This document shows positions 18,264 to 27,788 of a DNA stretch of 64,000 nt, piece by piece. The DNA lies in the IMG/VR virus record IMGVR_UViG_3300020577_010882, positions 225 to 64,224 of that record. One strand, 5' to 3'. The notes below the pieces were generated by a model that worked only from the letters and a program-made list of their open reading frames with translations, did not search any database and was not told the origin of the DNA. A program made the position numbers and the translations under genes. Source of the stretch: a virus (Duplodnaviria; Caudoviricetes). How positions within the stretch are numbered: the stretch's first letter is position 1; each line of letters starts with the position of its first letter.

Positions 18264-18938
18264 CTACGGTTCCATCAGGAGGGTGTACCCGTCCTGCACT
18301 TCTTCGAGGAACTTCTCGGTCGCCTCGGCGAGGCGCTGGATGTACGCCTCGTCGCGCGGCACGCGGCGCACGTACAGGCGCAGGTGCTCGGGCATGCGGG
18401 GGTCGTACGAGATGAAGTCGCACCACTCGCGCTTGAGCACCCACAGGTTCCCCTGCACCTGCGGCATGTGCTCCTCGGGGATGGGTGAGGTTTCCCCCTT
18501 GCCGAGGAGCGCGTTCGAGAGCGCCTGCGTGCCGTGGATGATGGTGAGCACGTGGTTCAGGCTGTTGGCCGGGCACTTCACCTCGATCATCCCGTTCTCG
18601 CCGACGAGGCCATCGGGCGACACGCCGATCCACTCGTTCGCGTCGTCCTGCACGAAGTCGCTCTTCTCCACCAGCACTTCGTGGCGCATCTCGTACAGGG
18701 CGATGGCGTGGTCTTCGTGCTCCTTGCCCCACTCCAGCGCCGCCGCGGTGATGTTCTCCTTCGCGTTGCCGGTGAGGCGCTCCACGATGAGTTGCATGCG
18801 GTAGTTCGCGCGCGCCGCAAGCTCCTTGCCGCCCCTGCCGAACGCGAGCACGTCGGCGAACCCCGAGCCGGTCACGCACCCGGCGCGGGCCTGCCGCCAC
18901 AGGGTCGTGCGCTGGCCCCCGGTGTCGATCTCAGCCAT
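18264..18938 (-). CDS. YqaJ-like (lambda exo family) exonuclease
   Basis: W.QARAG.VTGS...WGKEHE...SPDGLV..GMIEVKCP...QVQGNLWV...CDFISYDPR. Confidence 0.92.
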   Translation of the reverse strand: MAEIDTGGQRTTLWRQARAGCVTGSGFADVLAFGRGGKELAARANYRMQLIVERLTGNAKENITAAALEWGKEHEDHAIALYEMRHEVLVEKSDFVQDDANEWIGVSPDGLVGENGMIEVKCPANSLNHVLTIIHGTQALSNALLGKGETSPIPEEHMPQVQGNLWVLKREWCDFISYDPRMPEHLRLYVRRVPRDEAYIQRLAEATEKFLEEVQDGYTLLMEP

Positions 18939-19611
18939 TGGTCGCGTCCTCCGCGGCCGGCTTCGCGGCAGCCGCCTGCTTGGCGGCGCGACGCAGCGCT
19001 TCGTTGCGCGCCGAGAGGCGGGCCTTCAGGCGCAGGACGGCGGACTCGTCGCCGCACTTGTTGCAGGCGGCGATGATCTGCTTCCAGAGCTTGCGCCCTT
19101 CCTCGCCGTCCTTCACCGCGTCGATGGCCGCGTTCCAGTCGGCGTACTCCTTCGGGTCCATGCCCTGCGCGTTGAGGCCCTCGTGCCGGCGCTCCTCGTC
19201 TTCGCCCGTGACGAGGGCGAACACCTTCAGCATCGCCGACTTCGAGGCGTACGTGACCACCTTGCCGGGCGCCTTGTCGCCCGTGTCGAGGGCGTGCGCC
19301 GAAACCCGGGTGATCGCGCGGTCCAGCGGCTCGTCGATGTTCACGAAGTTGATGTCGTACACCGACTCGACGCGGATGATCGGCGCCTTCGTCGTCTTCA
19401 TCAGCGTGTCCTGCACGACTTTCTCGCTCACGAGGTGCGGCTCGATCACGATGCCGTGCTCGACCATCGCGTTGCGGATCTGGTCGAGCACCTGATCGTG
19501 CGTGACGACCTTGTACTTGCCGTCCACGTCCTTTTCCTTCTGGACGTAATCGACCGCCCGGCGGACTTCGTTGATGCGCTGGTAGATGTTCTTGCTCGGT
19601 GCCTGCGTCAT
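18931..19611 (-). CDS. ERF-family ssDNA-annealing protein
   Basis: IYQRINEVRR.VDYVQK...YKVVTHD...DTGDKAPGK..TYA.K; next to the exonuclease and SSB. Confidence 0.8.
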   Translation of the reverse strand: MTQAPSKNIYQRINEVRRAVDYVQKEKDVDGKYKVVTHDQVLDQIRNAMVEHGIVIEPHLVSEKVVQDTLMKTTKAPIIRVESVYDINFVNIDEPLDRAITRVSAHALDTGDKAPGKVVTYASKSAMLKVFALVTGEDEERRHEGLNAQGMDPKEYADWNAAIDAVKDGEEGRKLWKQIIAACNKCGDESAVLRLKARLSARNEALRRAAKQAAAAKPAAEDATNG

Positions 19612-19802
19612 TGCGTGGTCTCCACGTTGAACTGCATGGTTCGCTCTCGCGCTCGCCGGATGTGCTGCCCGGTCAAGCGGTTGATGTGCTCGATGGCATC
19701 CCTCGCCATCTCGCGGATCTCCTGCAACGCCGCCATCGCCATCAGTTCGATGCGCTGGTCGAGCGTCCATTGGTAGCCGTCGAAGACGTTCTGCTGCTTC
19801 AC
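19608..19802 (-). CDS. hypothetical protein
   Basis: GTGA/ATGA-coupled. Confidence 0.55.
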   Translation of the reverse strand: MKQQNVFDGYQWTLDQRIELMAMAALQEIREMARDAIEHINRLTGQHIRRARERTMQFNVETTQ

Positions 19803-20341
19803 GCCTCGACCTCGTGTACGTTGATGCCGGCGTCGCGCGCGGTGCGCGGAGTCCGCACATCTATGGCCCAATCGGAGCCGATCTTCACCTTCGGCTTCGC
19901 GTCGCCGAGGCGCTCGCGCGCCCGCACCCACCGCTTGCACAGGGCGGGTCTGCGAAAGAGGCGCATGCCGCGCTCGATCAGCGCTCGCCTGCGGATACGG
20001 GAGTGCGCCACGTCGTACGGCTCGGCGCCGTACTTGAACGTCACCACGACGGCGCTAGACGTGCTGCCAACCTCCGCGAGCGCGTCGTTCGAGGGGATCT
20101 TCTTGATCGCCGACGACTCGATGCAGAGCGCCACGTCGCCGTTGTTCTTCATGTCGGCCGCGCGAATCGCACCGCATCGCCGGCATGCGATGCGCCAGCG
20201 CCCATCCGCCCCGTCGTCGTAGCTCCCGCCCGGGTGGTTGAAGAACGCGTACAGGTTCCTCTTGGAGCCGCAGCAGTCGAGCGCGTCGGCGAGATCCAAG
20301 ATCCTTTGCCCGAGCGCCTGTTCGTGCGTGATCGTTCCCAT
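19799..20341 (-). CDS. hypothetical protein, first gene of the PL operon
   Basis: GAGG SD, directly downstream of PL. Confidence 0.65.
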   Translation of the reverse strand: MGTITHEQALGQRILDLADALDCCGSKRNLYAFFNHPGGSYDDGADGRWRIACRRCGAIRAADMKNNGDVALCIESSAIKKIPSNDALAEVGSTSSAVVVTFKYGAEPYDVAHSRIRRRALIERGMRLFRRPALCKRWVRARERLGDAKPKVKIGSDWAIDVRTPRTARDAGINVHEVEA

Positions 20342-20362
20342 GACTTCCTCTCTCGATATCGA

Positions 20363-20392
20363 AGCCTATCGCAAAAGCGATGAACGAGTCAA
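20363..20392 (-). promoter_or_regulatory. PL-like sigma70 promoter with operator
   Basis: TTGACT-N18-TAGGCT; ATCGC-AAAA-GCGAT at 20368-20381. Confidence 0.75.
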
Positions 20393-20435
20393 CACCCGGG
20401 CGCTGCGGGCAGCGCTTAGGGGTGCGACTCGGGTT

Positions 20436-20693
20436 CTAGATGCGGCGTGTTGCGGCCGGGGCCGCGGACTCTTCGATGGCGTCCATCTTCGGCAGGGCGC
20501 CGAAGAGCTTCATGCCGGCGAAGGCGATGCCGGTAGCGATGGCGCAGGCGATGGCGATGCGGGTGCCCGCCACCCTTTCCACAAGTGGCAGCAGGAAGAA
20601 CCAGCCGCCGAGCAGGCCGAGCCAGAAGTAGAGCGCCGCGCCCGCCGCCGCGCCGAACCCGAAGACTGCCGAGGCCAGCGCGACGAGCGCCAC
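20436..20693 (-). CDS. multi-TM membrane protein downstream of cI (possible exclusion protein)
   Basis: Three hydrophobic segments; start uncertain. Confidence 0.5.
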   Translation of the reverse strand: MALVALASAVFGFGAAAGAALYFWLGLLGGWFFLLPLVERVAGTRIAIACAIATGIAFAGMKLFGALPKMDAIEESAAPAATRRI

Positions 20694-20716
20694 GTGGGCG
20701 CCGACGATCAGGACGA

Positions 20717-21388
20717 TCAGAGCGACTTCCCGCTCCAGACGAAGACCACTCGACCGACCACCACGGCGCGCGCGCACTCGCGCTCGCTCATGGTGTAGGG
20801 GTCGTACATCGCGCGGTTGTCGGAGATCACGCGCACGCCACCATCCGGTAGCCGCTGGATGCGCTTCACGAACGCGCCGTCGCGCAGGTAGAAGGCGTAC
20901 ACGCCATCGGACTCGAAGCGCCTCTCCGAGGTGTCGATCATCAGCGCGTCGTTGCGCTTGAAGGTCGGCTCCATCGAGTCGTCCTGACAGGCCACGATCT
21001 TGAGCGAGTCGTGCTGCGCGGTCGGGATCTTGCCGTCCATCCATTGCTTGCTCACCTCGATGGCGGCAAGCATGGGGATGCCGTCGTCCATTCGTCCCAT
21101 CGGATCGTCGATAACTTCGATACGTGTTATCGCACGATCTTGCCCAATGGCGATGCTTTCGGCAAGCCTTCGCGGCGCGTCGCGTGAATTTTCACGTCCG
21201 GTGGAGAGGTACTCCACGGAGGTGTGCAGCGCGTTCGCAAGCTGCAACAGTTCGCGGCTGCCCTTATTCCTTCCCCTCTCGATGTCCGAGATCGTCACCT
21301 GAGACAGGCCAGCGCGCCGGCCGACCTCGGACTGCGTTAGGTCAAGTTCAGCGCGCAATCGCTTCACGCGTTGTGCCACCGTTTCCAC
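20717..21388 (-). CDS. cI: CI-like repressor (HTH-XRE + S24 peptidase)
   Basis: RVKRLRAELDLTQSEV.RRAGLSQVTISDIERG; DDSMEPTF...VKRIQ. Confidence 0.93.
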   Translation of the reverse strand: METVAQRVKRLRAELDLTQSEVGRRAGLSQVTISDIERGRNKGSRELLQLANALHTSVEYLSTGRENSRDAPRRLAESIAIGQDRAITRIEVIDDPMGRMDDGIPMLAAIEVSKQWMDGKIPTAQHDSLKIVACQDDSMEPTFKRNDALMIDTSERRFESDGVYAFYLRDGAFVKRIQRLPDGGVRVISDNRAMYDPYTMSERECARAVVVGRVVFVWSGKSL

Positions 21389-21437
21389 GAAGAGATTGTC
21401 CGTCAACGTGGCATTGCCCGGGCGATCTGATGCGATA

Positions 21438-21465
21438 TTGACATGCATCGCTTGGGCGATATACT
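21438..21465 (+). promoter_or_regulatory. PR-like promoter with operator
   Basis: TTGACA-N16-TATACT; ATCGC-TTGG-GCGAT at 21447-21460. Confidence 0.8.
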
Positions 21466-21472
21466 CCGGCCC

Positions 21473-21739
21473 GTGACGATCCATATCCCCAAGCCGGCCG
21501 ACATGATCGCGGCCCTCGAACGCACGATGACGCAGGGCGAGATCCGCAAGCAGACCGGGATCTCGCAGCCCTTCATCTCCGACCTCAAGCGCGGCCACCG
21601 CCGCGACCTTCGTCTGGAGAAGGGCTTCCCGCTCTACGTGTTGTACGCGGAGCGAGTGCTGAATCGACGGCTCGCGCTCGTGCCCGTGCAAGCAGCGCAG
21701 CGGCGTAAACCTACGCAAGCGGCTCGGAGATGTGCATGA
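21473..21739 (+). CDS. cro: Cro-like HTH protein
   Basis: MTQGEIRKQTGISQPFISDLKRG; divergent from cI. Confidence 0.8.
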   Translation: MTIHIPKPADMIAALERTMTQGEIRKQTGISQPFISDLKRGHRRDLRLEKGFPLYVLYAERVLNRRLALVPVQAAQRRKPTQAARRCA

Positions 21740-21969
21740 ACGACGCGCTCGACTCCCGGCCCGACGCACTCGGCGCCTGCGACGAGCGGCTAGACACGCC
21801 GTTGCCGGCGCAGGTGAAGCTCGACTTCGCCACCGTCGCCAACGTGCTCGGGTACGGCAGTTCTGCGGCCTTGAATCGCAAGCTCATCGAGGACTTCCTC
21901 TACGGGAATCTGCACTCGATCAGGATGGCCGTGTCCATGAACCGCGTCGATGGGAGGAAAAGGGGATAG
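21736..21969 (+). CDS. small regulator (CII-position)
   Basis: ATGA coupling to cro; position in the cassette. Confidence 0.55.
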   Translation: MNDALDSRPDALGACDERLDTPLPAQVKLDFATVANVLGYGSSAALNRKLIEDFLYGNLHSIRMAVSMNRVDGRKRG

Positions 21970-22234
21970 GGATCGGATGTGCCCGGCCCCCGAGCGACAG
22001 CGGATAGGGGCCAGCGCTGCGAGCACGGCGCTCCGCGGACGACGGCGGCTTGGAGAACCACCCGTGGTCGTGCGGCTGCAAAGCCGGGGGAGTGCTCAGG
22101 GGTAAGCCAAAGGGACTCAGGTCTTGGGCATACCGGCCTCACCTACTTCCACTCGTGGGGGGTAGGGGGGGCTTCGGGGATCACCGGGATCTAGGTCCGA
22201 GCATAGGGAAGTAGCACAGAAACAGGAGATAGGG

Positions 22235-22687
22235 ATGGAAGACCAAGAGCAACGCCACAAGATCGCCGAACGCATCTTCGAGTATTGGAAAGTCCGCACC
22301 GGACATCCGCGAGCACGGCTCGACGTGAAGCGCCGGCAGAAGATCAACCAGCGACTCGCGGACGGCTACACCGAGCAGGACATCATCGACGCCATCGAGG
22401 GCTGCGTGATCTCCCCGTTCCACAACGGGACCGAGCGTCGCGTGACGAGCGAGCGCTACTCGCCGACCGCGGTGTACAACGACCTCGAACTCATCCTGCG
22501 CGACGCGAAGCACGTCGATCAGTTCATCAAGATCCACGACCGCCACGTCGCGCACCAGAAGCAGCAGGCCGCGCTGGCTCGGCAGAAGGCCGAAGAAGAT
22601 GCGCGTCTCGTGCGTGAGCGCGAGGAGCGTGCGCGGACCCCGTTCCGCCACGGGTCGATGCAGAAGCCCGGGACTTGGCTCCAATGA
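22235..22687 (+). CDS. short replication-initiator-like protein (phage Rep C-terminal-type domain)
   Basis: IFEYWK...R.KINQRLADGYT..DI..AI.G.......DLELILRD..HVDQFI. Confidence 0.65.
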   Translation: MEDQEQRHKIAERIFEYWKVRTGHPRARLDVKRRQKINQRLADGYTEQDIIDAIEGCVISPFHNGTERRVTSERYSPTAVYNDLELILRDAKHVDQFIKIHDRHVAHQKQQAALARQKAEEDARLVREREERARTPFRHGSMQKPGTWLQ

Positions 22688-23007
22688 ACCAGCCGAGCCT
22701 CTTCTCTGCTGCGCGCGCGGCGCGTGACGACGGCGTCGCGAAGACCTCGGCGAAGAACTCCGAGTGGATGGAGCGCGCGCTCGATCTCGTGACCTCGATG
22801 AAGGGTTCGCTCGAAGAGTTCACGGGCGAGATGCTGCGCATGAAGCTGAGGGCTGCTGGACTGAGCGATCCGTCCAAGCCTCACGCGTGGGGTGCGCTGA
22901 CGATCACGCTGGTGAAGAAGGGCGTGATCGTGGACACCGGCAAGGTGTCGCAGATGTTCACCGAGAAGTCGCACGCCCGGCGCACGCCGGTCTGGAGGTT
23001 CGCATGA
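22684..23007 (+). CDS. conserved phage wHTH-like protein
   Basis: FTGEMLR...PSKPHAWGAL...G.I..TG...SHAR. Confidence 0.7.
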   Translation: MNQPSLFSAARAARDDGVAKTSAKNSEWMERALDLVTSMKGSLEEFTGEMLRMKLRAAGLSDPSKPHAWGALTITLVKKGVIVDTGKVSQMFTEKSHARRTPVWRFA

Positions 23008-23435
23008 GCGAGGAGATGCCGGTGCTGCAAGCCACGCGCCGCGCCATGAAGGAACTCGTCGATGGAACGCTGCGCGTGCAGATCGACATCGAGCCGAAGT
23101 TCAAGCAGAGATTCATGGAACTCTTCGGGCAGATCGACATGCCGCTCGCCGTCGCGCCGCTCGGTGGTCTCGTGCAGTGCAGCGAGCGCGAGAGCGGGTG
23201 GTCGAAGCTCGGGCCGCTCGCGCAGTCGGCGATCCAACTCTGCAAGGAGCCGAAGTTCCAGACATACGTCGGCGAGATGGAGGGCGTGGACGCGCAGCAA
23301 TCCGAAGACTCGTGCGCAGCGTACATCAAGACGTACTGCCGAGTCGGAAGCCGAAGGGATCTCGATACCGCGGACGGCGCGCGAGAGCGCTTCGGTTCGC
23401 TGATGTCGCACTACCGGGAGTGGGCGCGTGGGTAA
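23004..23435 (+). CDS. conserved phage hypothetical protein
   Basis: DGTLRVQIDIEP...LCKEPKFQ...C.V.SR.DLD. Confidence 0.75.
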   Translation: MSEEMPVLQATRRAMKELVDGTLRVQIDIEPKFKQRFMELFGQIDMPLAVAPLGGLVQCSERESGWSKLGPLAQSAIQLCKEPKFQTYVGEMEGVDAQQSEDSCAAYIKTYCRVGSRRDLDTADGARERFGSLMSHYREWARG

Positions 23436-23799
23436 GCGAATCATCCCTCCCGGCATGACGTTCGAGCACGCGCTCAGGCTCGGCTACGCCGGAAAGATCG
23501 AGTGCCGCCCGTACCTCGACTGGCTGAAGACGTTGCCGTGCGACACCTGCGGTGCGCCGCCGCCTTCCGATCCCTCTCATCTCGACAACGCGTTCAAGGG
23601 AATGGGCACGAAGGCGCCGGACATTTGGGCGATCCCCGAGTGCCGCACCTGCCACGAGTTGTACGAGCAGCGTCGCGTGATCGAGCACGGCGCTCGCATC
23701 CGCCTGAACGTGAAGGACGAGTCGGTGGTGCGCTTGTCGCGCGCCGCCATCTACCTCGCGCAGGGATTCTACGTGGGGAGGTTGAAGTGGATTTCCTGA
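23428..23799 (+). CDS. DUF968-like (HNH-related) protein
   Basis: YLDWLKTLPC..CG...DPSH...GMG.K..D.WAIP.C..CH. Confidence 0.85.
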   Translation: MGKRIIPPGMTFEHALRLGYAGKIECRPYLDWLKTLPCDTCGAPPPSDPSHLDNAFKGMGTKAPDIWAIPECRTCHELYEQRRVIEHGARIRLNVKDESVVRLSRAAIYLAQGFYVGRLKWIS

Positions 23800-24194
23800 A
23801 CTGCAATCTTCTGGATCTGTTCGCCGCCGCCCGCGTCTCACGCATGCTCGAAGAGCGTGCTCGCGCCGAGAGGTTGCGCGATGCCCGCAGTAGAGCAGGT
23901 AAGGCGAGCGCCGCTGCTCGACGTGCCAAGTACGGAGAGAACGGCGTGGCCGCGCACATGCGCTCCATCGCAAGGTCGGGCGGCATCGAGCGGCAGAAGA
24001 CCATCACGCAAGCCGAGAGGTTGCGCGGGCTGTCCGCAGGGGGTCGAGCGTCGTGGGCGAAGCTCACGCCGGAGCAGGCACGCGAGAAGCGGCGGCGCGC
24101 TGGCGAGGCGGCAAAGCTCGTGATCTCCCACGAACAGCGTGTGGAGAACGGCAAGAAGGGGGCCGCGAAGCGATGGCCGCGAAGCGCAGTGTAG
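23787..24194 (+). CDS. basic low-complexity protein with KGG-like repeats
   Basis: AGKASAAAR, SAGGRASW, NGKKGAAKRW. Confidence 0.55.
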   Translation: MDFLNCNLLDLFAAARVSRMLEERARAERLRDARSRAGKASAAARRAKYGENGVAAHMRSIARSGGIERQKTITQAERLRGLSAGGRASWAKLTPEQAREKRRRAGEAAKLVISHEQRVENGKKGAAKRWPRSAV

Positions 24195-24634
24195 GGTTCA
24201 TCCGCAGGCGCGGCATGGCGCTGACGCACGAGACGCAGCACTGCATCTGGCTCATGCAGTGGGCTGAACTCAACCAGCGTCGCATCCCCGTGTTGCGCCA
24301 TCTCTTCCACATCCCGAACGAAGGTAAGCGATCACCAGCGGCCGGCGCGATCCTGAAGGCGATGGGCTTGAAGCCCGGGGTGTGGGACTACTTCCTGCCT
24401 GTGCCGCGCCACCTGAACAGCACGTGGTACGCAGGCATGTGGCTGGAGATGAAGTCGCCGACGAAGAGCCTCACGAAAGAGCAGCGCGAGTTCGGCGCGT
24501 CGATGTCCGACATTGGATACAGGACCGAGGTCTGCTTCTCGTGGTATCAGGCGGCAGCCGCGGTGATGAAGTACCTAGAAAAAGAAGAAGGTCAGGCGCT
24601 ATGGCCCACCATCCCGAAGACCGTGTCACCCTGA
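24173..24634 (+). CDS. VRR-NUC nuclease
   Basis: LFHIPNEGKR...G.KPGV.D...WLEMK...EQ.EF...GY...V. Confidence 0.88.
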   Translation: MAAKRSVGFIRRRGMALTHETQHCIWLMQWAELNQRRIPVLRHLFHIPNEGKRSPAAGAILKAMGLKPGVWDYFLPVPRHLNSTWYAGMWLEMKSPTKSLTKEQREFGASMSDIGYRTEVCFSWYQAAAAVMKYLEKEEGQALWPTIPKTVSP

Positions 24635-25209
24635 TCGAGCGCGTGTCCGTTGCGCTTGCGGACGGAAACCTGCGGCAGAGTCCCGGGCCATGCGCGCTCG
24701 ACACCGTGATGGCCCTCGGCGTGGTCGGCATCAGCGAGCGCATGTCCGACGCCGTGCTGCGCCTGAAGGGGGCGAACGACCACTCAGCCTACGGCGATGC
24801 GGTCGATGGCGTGTACGGGATCGCGCGATCTCTGGACCGGCGCGAGAACTGGCGGCTGAAGCGCTGGCGCCTGCGCCTCATGGCGTCGAGCGTGATCGAC
24901 TTCTGGCTCAACGAGTTGTGCAGAACGTGCCACGGCGTGAAGTTCGAGGTCGCCGGCAGCACCGGGAGGCTGTCGAGCCACGTGTGCAAGGCGTGCCACG
25001 GAACGGGCCGGCGCCGTGCGCCGTGGGACCGCAAGATCCCTGCGAAGCCTGAAGGCAGGCGTGCCCGTGGCGGCAGGGTAGAGCGGTGGAAGAAGGTGGC
25101 CGAGAGGCTGCGTACGTCAGCCGAGCGCCACCGCCGCCTCCTGATCGAACTGGAGGCGACGGAGGCTCGGGTCGAGGTTGAGATGCGACGCCGGCTGACC
25201 GGCGGCTAG
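24601..25209 (+). CDS. Q-like late antiterminator
   Basis: CRTCHG...CKACHGTG Zn finger; last gene of the PR operon. Confidence 0.65.
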   Translation: MAHHPEDRVTLIERVSVALADGNLRQSPGPCALDTVMALGVVGISERMSDAVLRLKGANDHSAYGDAVDGVYGIARSLDRRENWRLKRWRLRLMASSVIDFWLNELCRTCHGVKFEVAGSTGRLSSHVCKACHGTGRRRAPWDRKIPAKPEGRRARGGRVERWKKVAERLRTSAERHRRLLIELEATEARVEVEMRRRLTGG

Positions 25210-25451
25210 AGGCGCGACTTCATCCACTCCAGCAGCGCGCGGATCTCCGTCTCGGTGGAGCGCGAGAGGATGCCGCAGAGCACGCCGGACGGGCCGGGGT
25301 GCATGTAGCCGGTGCGCTCGGCGTGCTCCTGCACGGCGGCTTGCAGATTGCCCGGCTCGACGCCGGGCTGCTCTGCCAGCACCTCGCGCAGCAGCCACTC
25401 GTGGGTGTGAAGCAGGGGAATGGGCGGTTGGGGGATTTCGAGTTCGGTCAT
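25206..25451 (-). CDS. hypothetical protein
   Basis: Last gene of the inverted operon; ATGA-coupled. Confidence 0.65.
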   Translation of the reverse strand: MTELEIPQPPIPLLHTHEWLLREVLAEQPGVEPGNLQAAVQEHAERTGYMHPGPSGVLCGILSRSTETEIRALLEWMKSRL

Positions 25452-25822
25452 TGGCTCTCCAGTTCTTCGATGAGCACGCAGCGCGCTGCGTACCCTATGT
25501 TCCTCACGTCGTACTCCGCCCTCAACATGTCGCCCGTGTAGTCGGGCTTCGACTCGACGTACGTCTTCACGATCACGTCGAGCGTGGCGATCTCGTGGCT
25601 CGACATCGGCCGGCGGTTGCGCTTTCTGAAGTCCTTCGCCGCCTCACGGATCACGTGCATCGTCGTTTCGCTGAAGTGCACCCACGGCTTACCCACGTGC
25701 AGGCGCATCGCCATGTACCGCTCGACGATGCAGTTCACGCGGCCCGACAGGGAGTCGGGCGACCCCTCAAGCGCCTCGCGAATCGGCAGGCCGATGTAGA
25801 TCGGCTTCTTCCCGTCCTTCAT
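25448..25822 (-). CDS. possible ribbon-helix-helix protein
   Basis: PIYIG...SLSGRVNCIVERY. Confidence 0.55.
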   Translation of the reverse strand: MKDGKKPIYIGLPIREALEGSPDSLSGRVNCIVERYMAMRLHVGKPWVHFSETTMHVIREAAKDFRKRNRRPMSSHEIATLDVIVKTYVESKPDYTGDMLRAEYDVRNIGYAARCVLIEELESQ

Positions 25823-25848
25823 GGCCGCCAATGGTATCGCAGTCGAGA

Positions 25849-26256
25849 TCACTTGCGCGGCTCCAGCGCCCATGCCAGCGCAGCGTTCGTCGGCTCGGAC
25901 CTGATGTCGGCGTTCTCGAAGTCGATGGCGTCGAGCGTGTAGCGCTTGCGCTTGTCCGCCGAGTCGTACGACCACACATCCACCGTCTTCAGGCGTGGGT
26001 GCGTCGAGATCACCTCGATGGGTTTGCCGAACATCGGCTTGAACGCGCCGCTCGATCCGTACTTCTCCTTGTGGATGTAGATCATCTGCCCGGGTCGCAG
26101 GCCCACGCACCGCTCTGTGAACGCTGCGGCCGAGCGCTTCTCCCGAGCCGCCTTGTTGATGAACGAGAGCCGAGCCTCCGCCGTGTTGATGACGCGGTTG
26201 AGCGCCTTCTCGTCACGCATGCGGGAGACGCGCTCGATGAGTTGGTCGTTGGTCAC
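25849..26256 (-). CDS. hypothetical protein
   Basis: GTGA-coupled. Confidence 0.65.
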   Translation of the reverse strand: MTNDQLIERVSRMRDEKALNRVINTAEARLSFINKAAREKRSAAAFTERCVGLRPGQMIYIHKEKYGSSGAFKPMFGKPIEVISTHPRLKTVDVWSYDSADKRKRYTLDAIDFENADIRSEPTNAALAWALEPRK

Positions 26257-26942
26257 GTCGGATCCTTCTTCTCGATGAGCTTCACCTCCGGCATCGCCTT
26301 GAGCGCGGCGATGCCGGCTTTCTGCACGACGCTGGTGAGCATGGCCTCGATCTCCGCCTTCGCGCTGCTCGTCGTGTCGTCCATGTGGCGCTGGAACTGT
26401 TCGCCGACGAAGCCGAGGTTGGGGCCGAGGTCTTGCAGCGCCCGCTCGATCATGCCGGCGATCTCCTTCCTCTTGCCGGCCGGGATCTTCGAGTCTTCGC
26501 TGACCGACTTCATCAGTTCGCCGAGCCGGGTGACGACGCCTTCGAGCTTCGACTTGATCTCGGACTCGAACTCCTCGCGCTTCGTCTCCTCGACGAGGAT
26601 GTCCGGCCGTTGCTCGCCCTGCACATGCTTGATCGTGCAGCACGTGCCGCTGCCGTAGTTGAGCGTCGAGATGAATGACGCCCATTGCGCCCCCGACAGT
26701 TCGACCTCGATCAAACTTTTCCCGTCGTGGTGCCAGTCGAGGTTGAGGTTGCGAACGCGGTGGCTCTCCGTGATCGCGATGCGGATCGTGCTGCGATGCA
26801 CGAGTTCGCTGCCGTACAGGCGCTCGCCACCGCCGCCGATGGTCACTCGGTTGGCGGAGATTTGCCCGTACGCCGGGTGCGTCTCGGTGTAGTCGGCGTG
26901 CAGGCCGTTGCCCTTGACGCGGGTGGGTTTGATGGCGCCCAC
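26253..26942 (-). CDS. conserved phage hypothetical protein
   Basis: HPAYGQISANRV...LYGSE...EVELS.AQWASFIST.N.GSG..CTI. Confidence 0.8.
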   Translation of the reverse strand: MGAIKPTRVKGNGLHADYTETHPAYGQISANRVTIGGGGERLYGSELVHRSTIRIAITESHRVRNLNLDWHHDGKSLIEVELSGAQWASFISTLNYGSGTCCTIKHVQGEQRPDILVEETKREEFESEIKSKLEGVVTRLGELMKSVSEDSKIPAGKRKEIAGMIERALQDLGPNLGFVGEQFQRHMDDTTSSAKAEIEAMLTSVVQKAGIAALKAMPEVKLIEKKDPT

Positions 26943-26943
26943 G

Positions 26944-27495
26944 TCACACCCCCTTCCCGGTGAACAGCGAACGCAGCCACGCCGACTCGTCCTTGACGGC
27001 GCAGATGCTCAAGCGCTCGCCGCTCGCCTTCTCGACGGGGAAGCCGTTGAAGTCGCCGGCATCCACGTTCGGCGAGCGCTCGAAGTCGAGCCACATCACG
27101 CCGTCGTCGGTGCTGTCCGGGTACGTGCCCGAGTTGTCGGCGACGGCGATTCGGCCGTTCGTGCGGTCGATGTAGAAGCGGTGGCCGTCCGCGAACTTCT
27201 TCAGCAGGATGAAGCGGTCCTTGCCGGCCATGTATCCGGCGCGGCGGCGCTGGTCGTGGTGCGCCCTCTTCAGGAGGTCGATGCACACCGCGCGCCGGAT
27301 GTACTCGTCGATGTTGCCGGGTCCGTACGGGCCGCCGGACCACGACGAGTTGCAGCTTGCGATCTCACCGATGAAGTATTCGATGCGGCGCTCTTCGCTC
27401 ATGCCGGCGACCGCTTCGTTCACCGCCTTCGTGTACGCGGTGACGGTATCGCAGAACAGGTCGCTGATATTCTTGCACTCTTCACGCAGGTTCAT
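26944..27495 (-). CDS. hypothetical protein
   Basis: AAGGAGA SD. Confidence 0.7.
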   Translation of the reverse strand: MNLREECKNISDLFCDTVTAYTKAVNEAVAGMSEERRIEYFIGEIASCNSSWSGGPYGPGNIDEYIRRAVCIDLLKRAHHDQRRRAGYMAGKDRFILLKKFADGHRFYIDRTNGRIAVADNSGTYPDSTDDGVMWLDFERSPNVDAGDFNGFPVEKASGERLSICAVKDESAWLRSLFTGKGV

Positions 27496-27505
27496 GTCGT
27501 TCTCC

Positions 27506-27778
27506 TTAAAGATCCATCATTGCGGCGGCGACGAGCCAGTCCACCGCCTCGTCTCGCGACACGTCCAAGAGGTCGAATCCAACGGCGAGACGCAGCCGCG
27601 CGGCGGCGCTCCTGTATTGGCGTTCGATTTCCGGCATGCTGGTCGTGAGGAGCAGGTTCCTCTTCGCGACGCCCTGCCACAGCGCGTTGAGCACATGCTG
27701 GCCGAGCACGTGCTTGTTGCTGAAGGTGCGCTCCGCCTCCTCCGCTCCTGCCAGCAGATTCTTCTGGATGATGTTCAT
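27506..27778 (-). CDS. hypothetical protein
   Basis: AAGGAGA SD. Confidence 0.7.
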   Translation of the reverse strand: MNIIQKNLLAGAEEAERTFSNKHVLGQHVLNALWQGVAKRNLLLTTSMPEIERQYRSAAARLRLAVGFDLLDVSRDEAVDWLVAAAMMDL

Positions 27779-27788
27779 GTGGTTCTCC

